64,000 bases of DNA from Azolla caroliniana (taxonomy: Eukaryota > Plantae > Polypodiophyta), in the NCBI GenBank assembly GCA_043228905.1, contig JBHGNT010000017.1, positions 15,562,001 to 15,626,000 on the forward strand, given 5' to 3'. A program made the position numbers and the translations under genes. This document shows positions 1-12,800 of the stretch, piece after piece; the first letter of the stretch is position 1, and each line of letters begins with the position of its first letter. A model generated the notes under the pieces. It searched no databases. It was given only the letters and a program-made list of their open reading frames with translations, and had not been told where the DNA came from.

Positions 1-154
1 ATTCGGACGGCGAATGCAGCGCCCATTCAAATTACCGTAGCAGCCACGACACCCTAGACGAACCAGAGGACGAGCAGTCGGATACCTTGCCGACACCAAA
101 ACCGGAGTTAACGGAACTGGAAGCCCCAGACCGGCAAGAGGAGGAAAGACCTCC
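1..154 (+). mobile_element. 5' part of Ty3/gypsy element G1 (acidic/Pro-rich region ahead of the gag core), continuing at 5563
   Basis: Ends in GAGGAGGAAAGACCTCC, the same ~30-bp repeat unit that resumes at 5563-5670 just before the gag ORF; the two parts are separated by a TSD-flanked insertion. Confidence 0.75.
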
Positions 155-229
155 CCCGGGGGCTTCACTGTCAAAACTTGTATGATAGCACATGAGTTCA
201 TCAGAAAGGGTTTAAATTAATCTGTGAGA

Positions 230-2224
230 TACATAATATATATATATATGGGTATTAATAAAGATTTGAAAATATATTTACATAAGGGTATTATCAATTA
301 TGTTGGACAAAAAAATTACATAAGCCCATGAAATATTAGATATTTCAATGAGATAGTAAAGAATATATTATACAAACAATACTCAAATTTGGAGTAGCAT
401 ATATACATACATACATACATACATATACATACATATACCTACATTCAAACATTACATCCATGAATATGTATATACATACATTACACCCATTTATACATGC
501 ATACTGACTAAACATAAATATATGTAGAAATACATATTACCATATGTACATACACATACATACATGCATTACATACTACATACATATTAGAATCGGCCAT
601 ATATATTGACATAGGAGTATACATAATACTACATAAAAATTACATATTACATATATACATACACATTCTCACAAACATTTTTATATATTACATTTTACAC
701 ACATATATTATTATACACACAATTATATACAAATGCAAATATACAAACCAAACACAAAAAAATAAAGTACATTTTATATATATGTATACACATATACACA
801 CATTCCATACATACAATACAATACAATATATGCATACATACATACACACACGAACATAACACACATCACACATGCATACCACCTACATTCATATATCACA
901 CATCACACATGCGTATATACCTGTACATTCAAACATTACATCCATGAATATGTATATACATACATTACACCCATTTATACATGCATACTAATTAAACATA
1001 AATATATGTACAAATATATAACCATATGTAAATATGTACATACACATACATGCATGCATTACATACTGCATACATATTAGAATCAAGTTTCAACCATATA
1101 TATTGACATACATATATACATGTAACATAGTACATACAATAAAATTACATATGCATACATACATACACAAATGCATATATACATACAAAACACAGAAAAA
1201 TAAATTACATATTATATATATACACATACACATACATATTAATACCTAAGACTACATTTATATGTATACAAATCTTCATACTTACAAACAAGTTACATAT
1301 ATTACATATATATACACGTGCACACACACATAAATAAATTAGATATTACATAGCATATAATCCATACCTATTACACAATATACAAATTTACACATACATA
1401 AATTACATATATACATATATAGATATATTACATATGTAAATACATATTCCACATATCACCATATATATAGATTATACTGGACCATACAAACCACAATACT
1501 TACATACACACACACACATTAGGTATATGTATACTTACACATACATTGGATATATACATGCATATTACGTACATATTACAAACATAAATCCATATACGAA
1601 CCATATACATACTAAACATGAAAATATCCCAAAAATATACATACATAAATACATTACATATATACGCATACATACATTCATACATTTACATACATATGAC
1701 CACATACACACATACACATACATACATTAGATATATACATACATATTATGCACATATTACAAACACATTCATACTCATTGAATCATGTATATTGACATAT
1801 ACATATATGCATACACATACATGCATATCACCATATATATACGTACATATGCCTACAATGTTATAAGTTTTACAAGCATACATCCATACACCTATATACA
1901 TATATACATACATTACATACATGCATACACATAAATACGTTACATACACATACATACGTACGTTACATATGTACATACATATCATCACAAACTACAATAC
2001 ATACATATATACATAAATATTACGAACAAACATCCACACACTCATGTATGCATATATGCATATGCCATACACTATACACATACATACATTACATATTACA
2101 TATATACATAATACACATATGTACATTCATGCATGTACATACATACATTGCATATGCATACATTACAATCACACATTCATATACATTGAGTCATGTACAT
2201 TGACATATGGATATATGCATACAC

Positions 2225-2287
<63 letters not shown>

Positions 2288-4700
2288 ATACATATGCATA
2301 CACGTATGTACATTTGTACATAGACATACCTATATTCATTTATACATTGCTACATATACATACATTAGATATATACATAAATATTATGCACATATTACAA
2401 TCACACATCCATACACATTGAATCATGTACATTGTCATATGGATATATGAATACACATACATACACAGATAAATTACATATGGATATATGCATACACATA
2501 TGTACATTCGTACATGGACATACATATATTCATTTATACATTGCTACATATACATACACATTAGATATATACATAGATATTATGTACATATTACAATCAC
2601 ACATCCATATACGTTGAATCATGTACATTTACATATGCATATATGCATACACATACATACATACATTACATATATGCATACACATATGTACATTCGTACA
2701 TGGACTTACATACTCATGCATTACATACATGACATATGCATACACATATGTACATTCGTACATGAATGTTTGAATGTTATGTTTAGTATGTATGTATGTA
2801 TGTGCACGTAATGTATGCATGTATGAATGAATGAATATATATATGTAATGTATGCATAAAATATGTATGCTTGCATGAATAAACATGAATGAATGGTTGT
2901 TTCCCCCCCCCCCCCAATCACATAGAATTTAAATCTTGTAAAAATAAAATAAAATAATGAATAAAATGGTTACACTAATGACAGGATATCTTCTTTAAAA
3001 AATAAAATAAAAACATGAATGAATGGATATATGAATGTACATATGTGTATATATGTAATATGTATATTTGTATGTGTGTGGGTGTTTGTTTGTAATATGT
3101 ATGTATGTGTATGTAAAATTAATGTATATACATGAGGGGTATGAATGTTTAAGTTAAACTATAAAAGTGATAAGTTATAAAAGTGAAAACATTCTAAAGA
3201 AAAAATAAACATAATGTGGGAGAGGGGTTTGAATGAGAATAAGAAAAAATGGGTAAGGGGTAGGGCTAGAAATAGGAGAAAGTATGGGAGGGGTAGGGCT
3301 GAAAATAGGAGAAAGTTGGGGAGGGGTAGGGCTTAGAATATAAATATTTTTACAAGGGGTGAGTACATAAGCCAGTGACAAATATAACACCGTGCTATGC
3401 AGTAGAGTGTAGGGTTGGAGATACAACATGAATAAAAATGAAATACAAAATCCCGGCTACCATGTGTAGTCCCGGACATATGAACTACAAGAGAGATAAA
3501 GAGATATAAAAGGGAATGCATCGCTACTAAATGTAGTCACATGTTTACAAACAATATATATTATACATACACATACATACATATTTCAAACAAACATCCA
3601 CACACACATATGTATTATGCATACACATACACATACAAATATACATGCATTACATATTACAATTTACATATATACACATATGTACATTCATATATTCATT
3701 CATTCATGTTTATTCATGCAAGTATACATATTTTATGCATACATTACATATATATATATATATTCATTCATACATGCATACATTACGTGCACATACATAC
3801 ATTCATACTAAACATAATATTCAAACATTCATGTTTTTTTAAATTTAGATTTTTGCCGCCTCCTTTGCTCTACCTCGTCTCTCCTCATTGTTGTTGTCGC
3901 CTCTTCTCCCCTTGTTGCTTCTGTCCTCGTTTTGCTGCCTCTGTTTTCGTTTTGATGCCGCCACCGCTCGCCTTGTCGTGACGCTTTTGCTCACCATTAT
4001 TCTCTGTCGAGGCTGCCACAACTACTCTACAAATATTTTACAGGTACACATAAGTACAAACATCATACATAAACCAACACATAAATTCTTAGACTTACAC
4101 ACACACACACACACACACAAACATGCCATACATACAATATATACAATAAACGAAATTAATACAATACAATACAATACAATACAACATACATATACACATA
4201 ACACATACATACAATACAATATGTACACACACACACACATGTGTATGTGTGTGTGTGTGTAGAATATACATACACATATGGACACATATATATGTTGTAT
4301 GGAACATACACAGACACACACAAACATAACACACATCACACATGCTATACATACAATAAATGCAATTAAATACAATACAATACAATATGTACATACATAT
4401 TACACACATACCTATATACACATGCAATACAATACCTACACACACACACACACATGCATACATACACACACAACACACATGCATACCACATACAAACATA
4501 TACGATGTATGGAACATACATACACACACACAAACATAAAACACAACAGACATGCATACCACATACTAACTAACATAACAAACAACACACATGCATACCA
4601 CATATAAACATATATGATGTATGGAACATACATACACACAAATCACACATGAATACCACATTCACAATGCACACATACACACATATATATGATGTATGGT
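230..4700. repeat. Degenerate (TA/CA/TACA)n low-complexity tract, including a pure (CA)n run at 2227-2283
   Basis: Direct reading; generates the spurious HT/YI/CV-rich ORFs in the track. Confidence 0.95.
2761..3834. repeat. Long imperfect inverted repeat (foldback) around a purine-rich core (about 3135-3540)
   Basis: 2761-2895 is the reverse complement of about 3695-3834, and 3011-3130 of about 3545-3712. ORFs 2629..2886(-) and 3541..3981(+) share the peptide MFIHASIHILCIHYIYI. Confidence 0.8.
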
Positions 4701-5562
4701 TATATGAAAAGTGATAGGTGGGTCATTCTATTTGTAGATAATGGATGAAGAATCTATTATTGAAGTGTTTGAACATGAGAGGGATGATGAAGATAAACCT
4801 TTGGGCATTGTAAGTGTGAGAGGAAGTCTTACATATGCAAAGATCCAAGTCGAAATAATTGAGGACGGTATATTTTATGAACCATTTTCCTTTGTGTACA
4901 CAAAAAATAATATTTTGAATGGGAAACAATAAGAGAAAAAATAATGTTACGACTTCATATGAGTCTATCCATAAAACTAAACATAAGGTTAATTTGTTTG
5001 TAATTTCATTATTGATATGCATTTTGGATTGTTCCATGTCTGCTCTTTGAGATATATATATCAAGTTCAAGATTGTTTTATTGTAAATTACATTTTTTTT
5101 TTATCACGTTATATTCTTCATATGTCTCAATAAACTAAAAAAAACTTATATGTGGCTTATATATGTTATACCTCTAGTGTTTTGGGTAATGTTTTCTAAT
5201 TGTGTGTGTATTACTTTGTACTTTACACATTGTGTTTTTAATCTATGTGGCACTTGATGAAGCATTTCTAGGAATTGCATATGATGTTTAATGTTCATTC
5301 ATAATTTTGCGAGTCATCAATTGTAAAGGCGATCATTGATCCCTTCTACGATTGGAAACTACGTGTGCATGTATATTTTATATGTAAAGGTATTTAAAAT
5401 GGGTGGTTATCAAAAAATATATTGGTAGTAAGGGGTATTTTTATTAATCTTTTTTCTACAAAAGGGTCACTAAAATAGTAAAAACCATACGTATAAGGGG
5501 TTTATAAATGATGTCATGAATGCACGTGATACAACCGTCTTATATATAGTGGAGTCCCCGGG

Positions 5563-8500
5563 AGACCTCCGACACCGAAAGAAGAGGAGGAAAGACCTCC
5601 GAACCCGAAAGAGGAGGAGGAAAGACCTTTGACATAGAAATAAGAGGAGGGGAGACCTTCGACACCACCAGCCCGTGTTCCGACACCGGACGACGACATG
5701 CCGTTCCAATATCCCAAGTACCGGGATGATCCGGATGCGGAAGCTCATGTCTATGCATTTCTACAAACTTGGGAAGCAAACCATGTGTCGCAATGCTTGA
5801 CTGCCGCCGGAGTAGAATGCTCGAAGATTGCAAAGTTCGGCATGACCTTGGAAGGACCAGTCGCGCGATGGCGCTTGACGCACCCTCCCGACACCATAAC
5901 AACGTTTGAGGACTTAAAAACCAGATTTTTATAGTTCTTCAACAAGGAGATGGATCAACGGGAGATGGTCGGCCTATTCTACTCTATACGGCAGGAACCT
6001 ACGGAAACCATTAAGCAATTCGTAATCCGGTTCCAACGAATGCACAGCCAGCTAAATCGAGCACCACCGGAAGTAGAGGCTAAAGCAATATTCCTAGCAG
6101 CGCTCTGGGAACCCTTGCGTACGATGTGCGCAGTGATTGATTTCCGCACCAACACGATCGACCAAGTCATAGACCAGGTCAGGGAGATGGAGAAAACAAG
6201 CTCGTGGCTAACAATGGGGGCCCTCTAGCGTACATTACCGACAGAAGATGACTTACGTTTTCAGCAAGCCATACAATGTACAACTTGTCTCAATGCCGGG
6301 CACTTGACAATAGAATGTACTATGTGGACACAGTGCATGTTATGCCATTCCAGGGCGCACACAATGGACCGATGCGAATATAACTTGCTGAACCGGCAAG
6401 TGGCACCAATAAGGCAAATCGAACCCCAAAGTAACCGGGAGGAGGAAGAAGAACGCTGGCGGCGAGATGAGCGTTACCGGCTAGCGCAAGATGTCTGGTA
6501 CAATGACAGAAAAGACGCTCATGACCGAGACCGGCAAGATAGCTACCGGGACTACAATGGTGATCGATATGAGCGATACAACCATGATCACTCCCCCGGT
6601 TACAACCAACGGAGGGAGGATCAAGGCACTTATGAAAACTGGCCCCGACAGGGTTACCGGAACAAAAAACGCTTCAACAAAAAATGGAACGCTAGAAAGG
6701 AGGACCACCAATGGTAGCCGGACAAGGGCACACCGACCACCAATAGAACCTCAACCGGGTACTAGGGTGAACGCCGAATCCAGCAACACCCGGAAAGCGT
6801 ATTGCTACTATTGCCAGCAAGAAGGACATTATAGTAATCAATGTCTGGTTAAAAGCTACGAGAAATGACCAGCCATAAATATGGTGGTAGCAAAAGTCGT
6901 CGACATACAACAAGTCACCACTAGGGCAAAAGGCAAAACAACGAAGTGGGAAACACAAGAGGCAATCCGAAAGCAAGCCACCAAGTGGGTGAAGAAGGCA
7001 AATGAGCGGAATGTGGCTAAGCTTGAACATCAAAAGGAGAAACCTGAAGAGGCCACCGACACGATTCAACCGGAAAACCCAACATGGCAAGTGTTACAAG
7101 AATATCAAATTACGCTGCCATTGGGTCGGTTATTACAGCTAGTGCCCCGGTTTATGGAAGGGCTGAAATTAGGAATGACCACATCAAATCCGTTGCCAGC
7201 TCCTACAATCACCGCCTTCGTCAAAGGACGAGAACTACCAGGGACAATTGTGGATGGAGGATCGGACGTGAACGTGATTAGTCTACGGACTTGTAATACC
7301 CTAGGAATCCAGGAATGGGAGCCTTGGCCGTTTTGGCTCCGGATGGCGGATACAAGTTCGGTCAGACCTACCGGTTTGATACGGGATTTAGACGTAACTA
7401 TCGGAGGACACGCATTCCGCATCTCAGCGGTGGTTCTCTAGCTCAATGCGCAAGGGGCTTAGCCACTGTTGCTGGGCCACCCATGGCTAAAAACGGCGCA
7501 TATCAAACAAAATTGGCGGAAAAACATGATTACCTTCCGGCGAGGAAAGGCTAAAGTAAGAGTACCTACCCACCCTCGATCGAGTACCGGCAAGGAGCTG
7601 ACACTGCTATATGCGGAAGGTGTAAACATGCTCGAGGGGCTTGCGAACGAAGAGGTCGACCAATACTTAGAAGAAAACCCAAAAATTGTACCCCTATTTG
7701 AAATTGATGTGGTAGAAGTAGTGTCACCATATATAACGCAATCGAATGATGCCGGCCGGGAACCAGATAGGGAAGCTATTAGAGAATTACGGCAAGCACA
7801 GGAAGCTCTGGAGAGGGAGATGGCGGTATCCCAACGCGCGAAAGCATCCGAGTTAGAGGAAGTGAATTTAGGAACCAGGGACAACGCAAGACCGGTTCAT
7901 ATTGCTAAGGAAATGTCACCGGACAATAAGACGAAGATGATCACTTTATTAAAGGAATTCCGGGACGTATTCGCCTGGTCCTATGAAGACATGTGGGGGT
8001 TGGATCCTCAGTTGTACCAACACCAGATACATCTCAGTAAGGATGCCAAACCGGTAGCACAACAGAGTTACCGGATGAACCCTAACTATGCGACGAAGGT
8101 CAAAGAGGAAATTGACAAGTTGCTACAGGTCGGTTTTATCCGACCAATGAAAAAAGCTATATGGTTAAGTCCCATAGTCTTCATGCCGAAAAAGAACGGC
8201 AAGATCCGGGTGTGTGTCGACTACCAGAAACTCAATGCGGCAACAGTGACTGATGCCTTTCCACTTCCATTTACGGATGGAGTCCTGGACACGGTAGCCG
8301 GTCATGAAGTGTATAGCTTCCTAGATGGTTTTAGTGGCTACAATCAAATAAGGATGCACCCCGACGACCAAGACAAGATGGCGTTCATCACCGAATGGGG
8401 AATTTTCGTTGCAGTGGTAATGATGTTCGGGCTCAAGACCGCGCCGGCGACCTTCCAACCAATAATCATGGAAAAATTTTGCGAGTTCATCCTGGCATTC

Positions 8501-9356
8501 ATGCAGGTATTCTTGGATGACTTCGCCGTGTATAGCTGAGAAGGAGAACATCTCCAACACCTCCGGCTATGTCTTGAGAAATGCAGGAGTTATCGGTTAA
8601 GCCTGAATCCAGCAAAGTGTGTGTTCGGAGTAACAAGCGGTGCATTATTGGGCCATCTCGTCAGCAAGGACGGGATCGCAGTAGACACCGATAAGGTCAA
8701 AGCAATCTTAGAAGCACTAGCACCATCCACGACCAAAGCTTTGAATCGGTTTCTAGGGAAAATCCGGTGGGATAGCCGGATGCTCCGGTATTTGGCTGAT
8801 CTTGCTACACTATTGCATGCCGCGGTTCGCCGGACACCGTTTCAATGGACAAATACGGAGGATGAGGCTTACCGGGCACTGAAAGTACTGCTATCACAAG
8901 CATCGGTGGTGCAACTACCGGACTGGTCAAAAGAATTCCACATGTTTGTTGATGCGTCTGACATAGCAATTGGCAGCGCACTAATGCACCTGACTGAACC
9001 GAAATGGTACCGATTGGTTTATTATGCTAGCCGAAAGCTATCCCAGGCGGAACGAAATTATTCAACAACAGAAAGAGAAGCCTTAGGGATGATTTACAAT
9101 GTTACCAAGTTCAGGCACAATTTATTGGGAAGGAAATTTTCATTTCATGCCGACCACTCAACGCTATTATATTTGGTCTCAAAGGCATCGCTCACCGGCA
9201 AGTTGGCCCGATGGACATTGTTGCTACAAGAGTTTGAGTTTGAAATATAACACCGGCCAGGAATATAGCATGCGGTTGCCGATTATCTGAGCTGGTTAGA
9301 TTTCGGCAAGACCGGTGATGGAGTCCCGGATGAGTTTCCGGATCCCGAGTTGTTTA
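5563..9356 (+). pseudogene. Ty3/gypsy G1 gag-pol (Gag, three CCHC knuckles, protease, RT, RNase H), decayed; cut before integrase by a copia insertion
   Basis: Knuckles CTTCLNAGHLTIEC, CMLCHSRAHTMDRC, CYYCQQEGHYSNQC; protease IVDGGSDVN; RT SFLDGFSGYNQI...FLDD; RNase H VDAS...TTEREAL; many in-frame stops. The DGFSGYNQI signature resembles non-chromoviral (Athila/Tat-like) RTs. Confidence 0.93.
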
Positions 9357-9799
9357 TGTTAGGAAACAGGTTCCTCCGGATGGGAAGTGAGAAGAACATT
9401 ACTGATGAACAAACCGGATGACGAGTACCCAGCTACGGAGAGCCGGATGGTGCAAACCCGGTGAGAACCGGATGAGGAGTACCCGGCTACGGAGAACCGG
9501 ATGGTGCAGACCCGGTGAGAACCGGATGAGGAGTACCCGGCTACGGAGAGCCGGATGGTGCAGACCCGGTGAGAACCGGATAACGAGTGCCCGGCAAGAT
9601 CCGGATGATGTAGGCCCGGTGAGGAGCGCTCACCGGATGAAGAGACATATTCGTAAATATGTTTCTGACAGTCCATCGTGGCTATATTTGTAAATAGCCG
9701 AAAAGTCATATTAGTATAAATATGACTTAGGGCAAACTCTTTGATATGTATGTTGTTATTATTTTTGTTGGCGCAAGATTAGAGTGCGCAACTGTGTAC

Positions 9800-9854
<55 letters not shown>

Positions 9855-12800
9855 CGAAGAGTTCGTATCTCTGTTGTAACCGCCGCCTGTGGTGAAGATA
9901 GCAAGCTCGAGGTCGTTGCCTCGGTGCTTCACTATTGTACATTCTCATATAGTGATAGTTTGCAGTCTGTGGGCTACCGTGGTTTTTCCCTAGTTTGGGT
10001 TTTCCACGCTAACATCCTGTGTACTCCTCTCTCCATTGTGTCGTGCTTTCATTTCCCGTTTTCTGTGTATGATTCTAAGCTCGGTTGTGGCCAAGCGTTG
10101 TGCATAGGGAGCATGCAGTTCCTATCAAAGTGGTATCAGAGCGAAACGTAACAGAAAATGGACGATTCATTGGGAGGCATGTTCAAGCTCACAGGCTCCA
10201 ACTATTCGGTGTGGAAGTCGAAGATGAGGGACATGCTCGTGGTTAAAGACCTCTGGCTGCCGGTTCAGTTCGAGGACAAGAGATCGGACAAAATTGACGC
10301 CGCGATGTGGGAGGTGATGCACATGAAGACAACGGCGTACATACGGTGCTTCATCGACATGAGCCTATACAACAACTTCAATGAAGAGAGCAAGGCTCAT
10401 GAGCTCTAGGAGAAGATCGGCATTATGTTTCAAAACAAAAATGTTGTTAATAAGGTTTCGGTATTCCGGAAGCTAGTAAGACTCCGGTACCAAGATGGCT
10501 CCAGCATGGCGGAGCCCATGAATGCCTTCCAGGGGCTGATCCACCAGGCAACATCATTGGAAGTACCCCTTGCCGATGAGGTACTAGCACTACTCCTGCT
10601 CGGTTCCCTCCCAGATAGCTGGGAGACGTTGGTTGTCACCTTGGGCAACGCCGGGCCGGAAGGGAAACGGTTATCCCTAGCAAGAGTGAAGTCGAGCTTG
10701 CTAGATGAGGAGGCGTGTCGGAAAGATAAGGACACGAGCTTTGACTCCAAAGCGCTCATTACCGAATCAGAATGTGGAAGACAAAGAAACCGTAGTCCAT
10801 AGAACTGGGAAAAGTCGGGGACGCGGTCAAAGTCAAGTGGGAGGCCTACTTGCTTCTATTGCGGCAAGACGGGACACTTCCAGAAAAATTGTCGGCACTT
10901 CCGAAAAGACAAGGAAACCGACGGTACCGATTCGAAGCGAACACCGCTCCGGAACGATAAAGACCGGAGGGGACCGAACCGGAAGGGAACGACGGCAATT
11001 GCGGCAAATGAAGAAGAGTTGATGCTCATCTTGCCGGCGACGAGATGACCTAGGTGGTCGACATCGAAGCGTCGTTCCACCTTACCCCGGACCGGAAATG
11101 CTTCTCATCCTACTCAACCGGTGATCATGGCTGTGTCCGGATGGGGAATGAAGGTACATGCCGAATTGTCGGCATAGGAGACGTGTGGTTGACAACGCCA
11201 ACCGGATGCAAGCTGCTGCTGAAGGATGTTCGACACGTTCCGGAGGTTCGTTTGAACCTGATATCAACTGGTCGGCTAGATGACGAAGGCTACACGGGTA
11301 GCATCCGGAACGGTGTTATGAAGTTCAACAAAGGGAGCCTGATTGTGGCTTGGGCCCGGAAGGTCAACACGTTGTACCTGATGAATGCCCGGTTATGTCC
11401 GGAGGAAGTGAACGTGGCATCCGACACTGCCGGTGAGCTGTGGCACAAAAGGCTGTGTCACATGAGTGAGAAGGGGATGAACAGGCTTGCAGATGACAAC
11501 CTCATTCCAGTGAAGAACATGCACTTGGAGAAGTGCACTGATTGTCTGGCCGGTAACCAAAATCGAACCTCATTCCGAACAAGGTCACCGATGAGACGTA
11601 ATGCACCATTAGAGTTGGTGCATACTGATGTGTGTCAAGTGGACACGAAGTCACATGCAGGATCGCAGTACTTCATGACGTTCATAGATGACCACAGCCG
11701 GAAACTGTGGGCCACACTGTTGAAGACGAAGGATTAGGTGCTATCCGTCTTCAAAGAGCTCCACGCAAGACTGGAAAGAGAAACCGGTCGGAAGTTGAAG
11801 GCAGTTCGAGCAGATAACGGAGGTGAATGCTGGGGGCAGTTCGAGGAGTATTGTTGCTCGAAGGGAATCCGGTTCGAATTTACCGTGCCGAAGACGCCAG
11901 AACTAAACGGGCTGGCCGAGAGGATGAACCGGACCATAATGGAGAGGGTCTGGAGTATGCTGGCGCATGCAAAACTACCCAAGGAGTTTTGGGCTGAGGC
12001 GCTATCGACAACGACGTATGTGATAAATAGATCACCCTCAATACCCTTGGACGGAGACACGCCACAGAGAGTCTGGACCGGTAAGGAAGTGTCCTATCGG
12101 CATTTGAAGGTATTCGGGTGTCTTGCGTATGTGCATGTAGCTAAGGACCGGAGAGGAAAACTAGATCCGAAGAGGCCATGCATATTCCTCGGTTACGGCG
12201 ACGATGAGTTCGGCTACCGAGTGTGGGACCTGGTCGACAAGAAGGTATTCCAGAGTCGAGATATTATCTTCATGGAGGACAAGATGCTCGCCGATTGGGA
12301 GTCGGAGAAGAAGATAATGAACTCCGAGTCGACCGGTAAGGATCGATTCTACAATGAGCAGACCCAACCGGCAAGACACCGGTTAGCATTCGAGGAACCA
12401 GCCGGTTACGGTGAGGATAGCGAACCGGCAGAAGAAGAAGTAGAGGAAGCTAGAACCGGAACCGGCCAAGACCCCGAATCGGATTCGGATGAAGATCAAA
12501 TGGAGGAGCTGGTTACCGAAGCCCAAAGACGGAGATATCCTCTCAGAGAGAGAAGGGCCCCCCAAAGATTTCCGGACTCAGAGCATGTGCTGCTGACCAA
12601 TGATGGAGAGCCAGAAAGCTTCGAAGAAGCGAAGGATGACACCCACACCCGAAAATGGTTAAGTGCCATGTAGGATGAGATGGATTCCTTGCATGAGAAC
12701 CATACGTACAAATTGGTGGAGTTGCCGAAAGGAAAGTGGGCACTCTGAAGCAAGTGGGTGTACAAGTTGAAACCGGGAGATGCCGACAACCCCCCGATAT

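Larger units (their letters stand above)
155..5562. mobile_element. Non-autonomous TIR DNA transposon (5.4 kb) with 15-bp imperfect TIRs and 8-bp TSD
   Basis: Left end CCCGGGGGCTTCACT (155-169) vs reverse complement of right end CCCGGGGACTCCACT (5548-5562), 13/15 match. AGACCTCC is duplicated exactly at 147-154 and 5563-5570. No transposase ORF seen. Confidence 0.8.

Noticed and set aside
198-204. CTGATGA on the minus strand as a second hammerhead
   Set aside because: No GAAA box after a closed stem II and no stem I pairing.
688-4639. Dozens of His/Thr/Tyr/Ile- or Cys/Val-rich ORFs
   Set aside because: Translations of (TA/CA)n low-complexity DNA; no domain structure.
9413-9585. 57-bp repeats (and the 105-bp array at 40580-41440) as a CRISPR array
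   Set aside because: Head-to-tail units without unique spacers, inside LTRs of a eukaryotic genome, and no cas genes.
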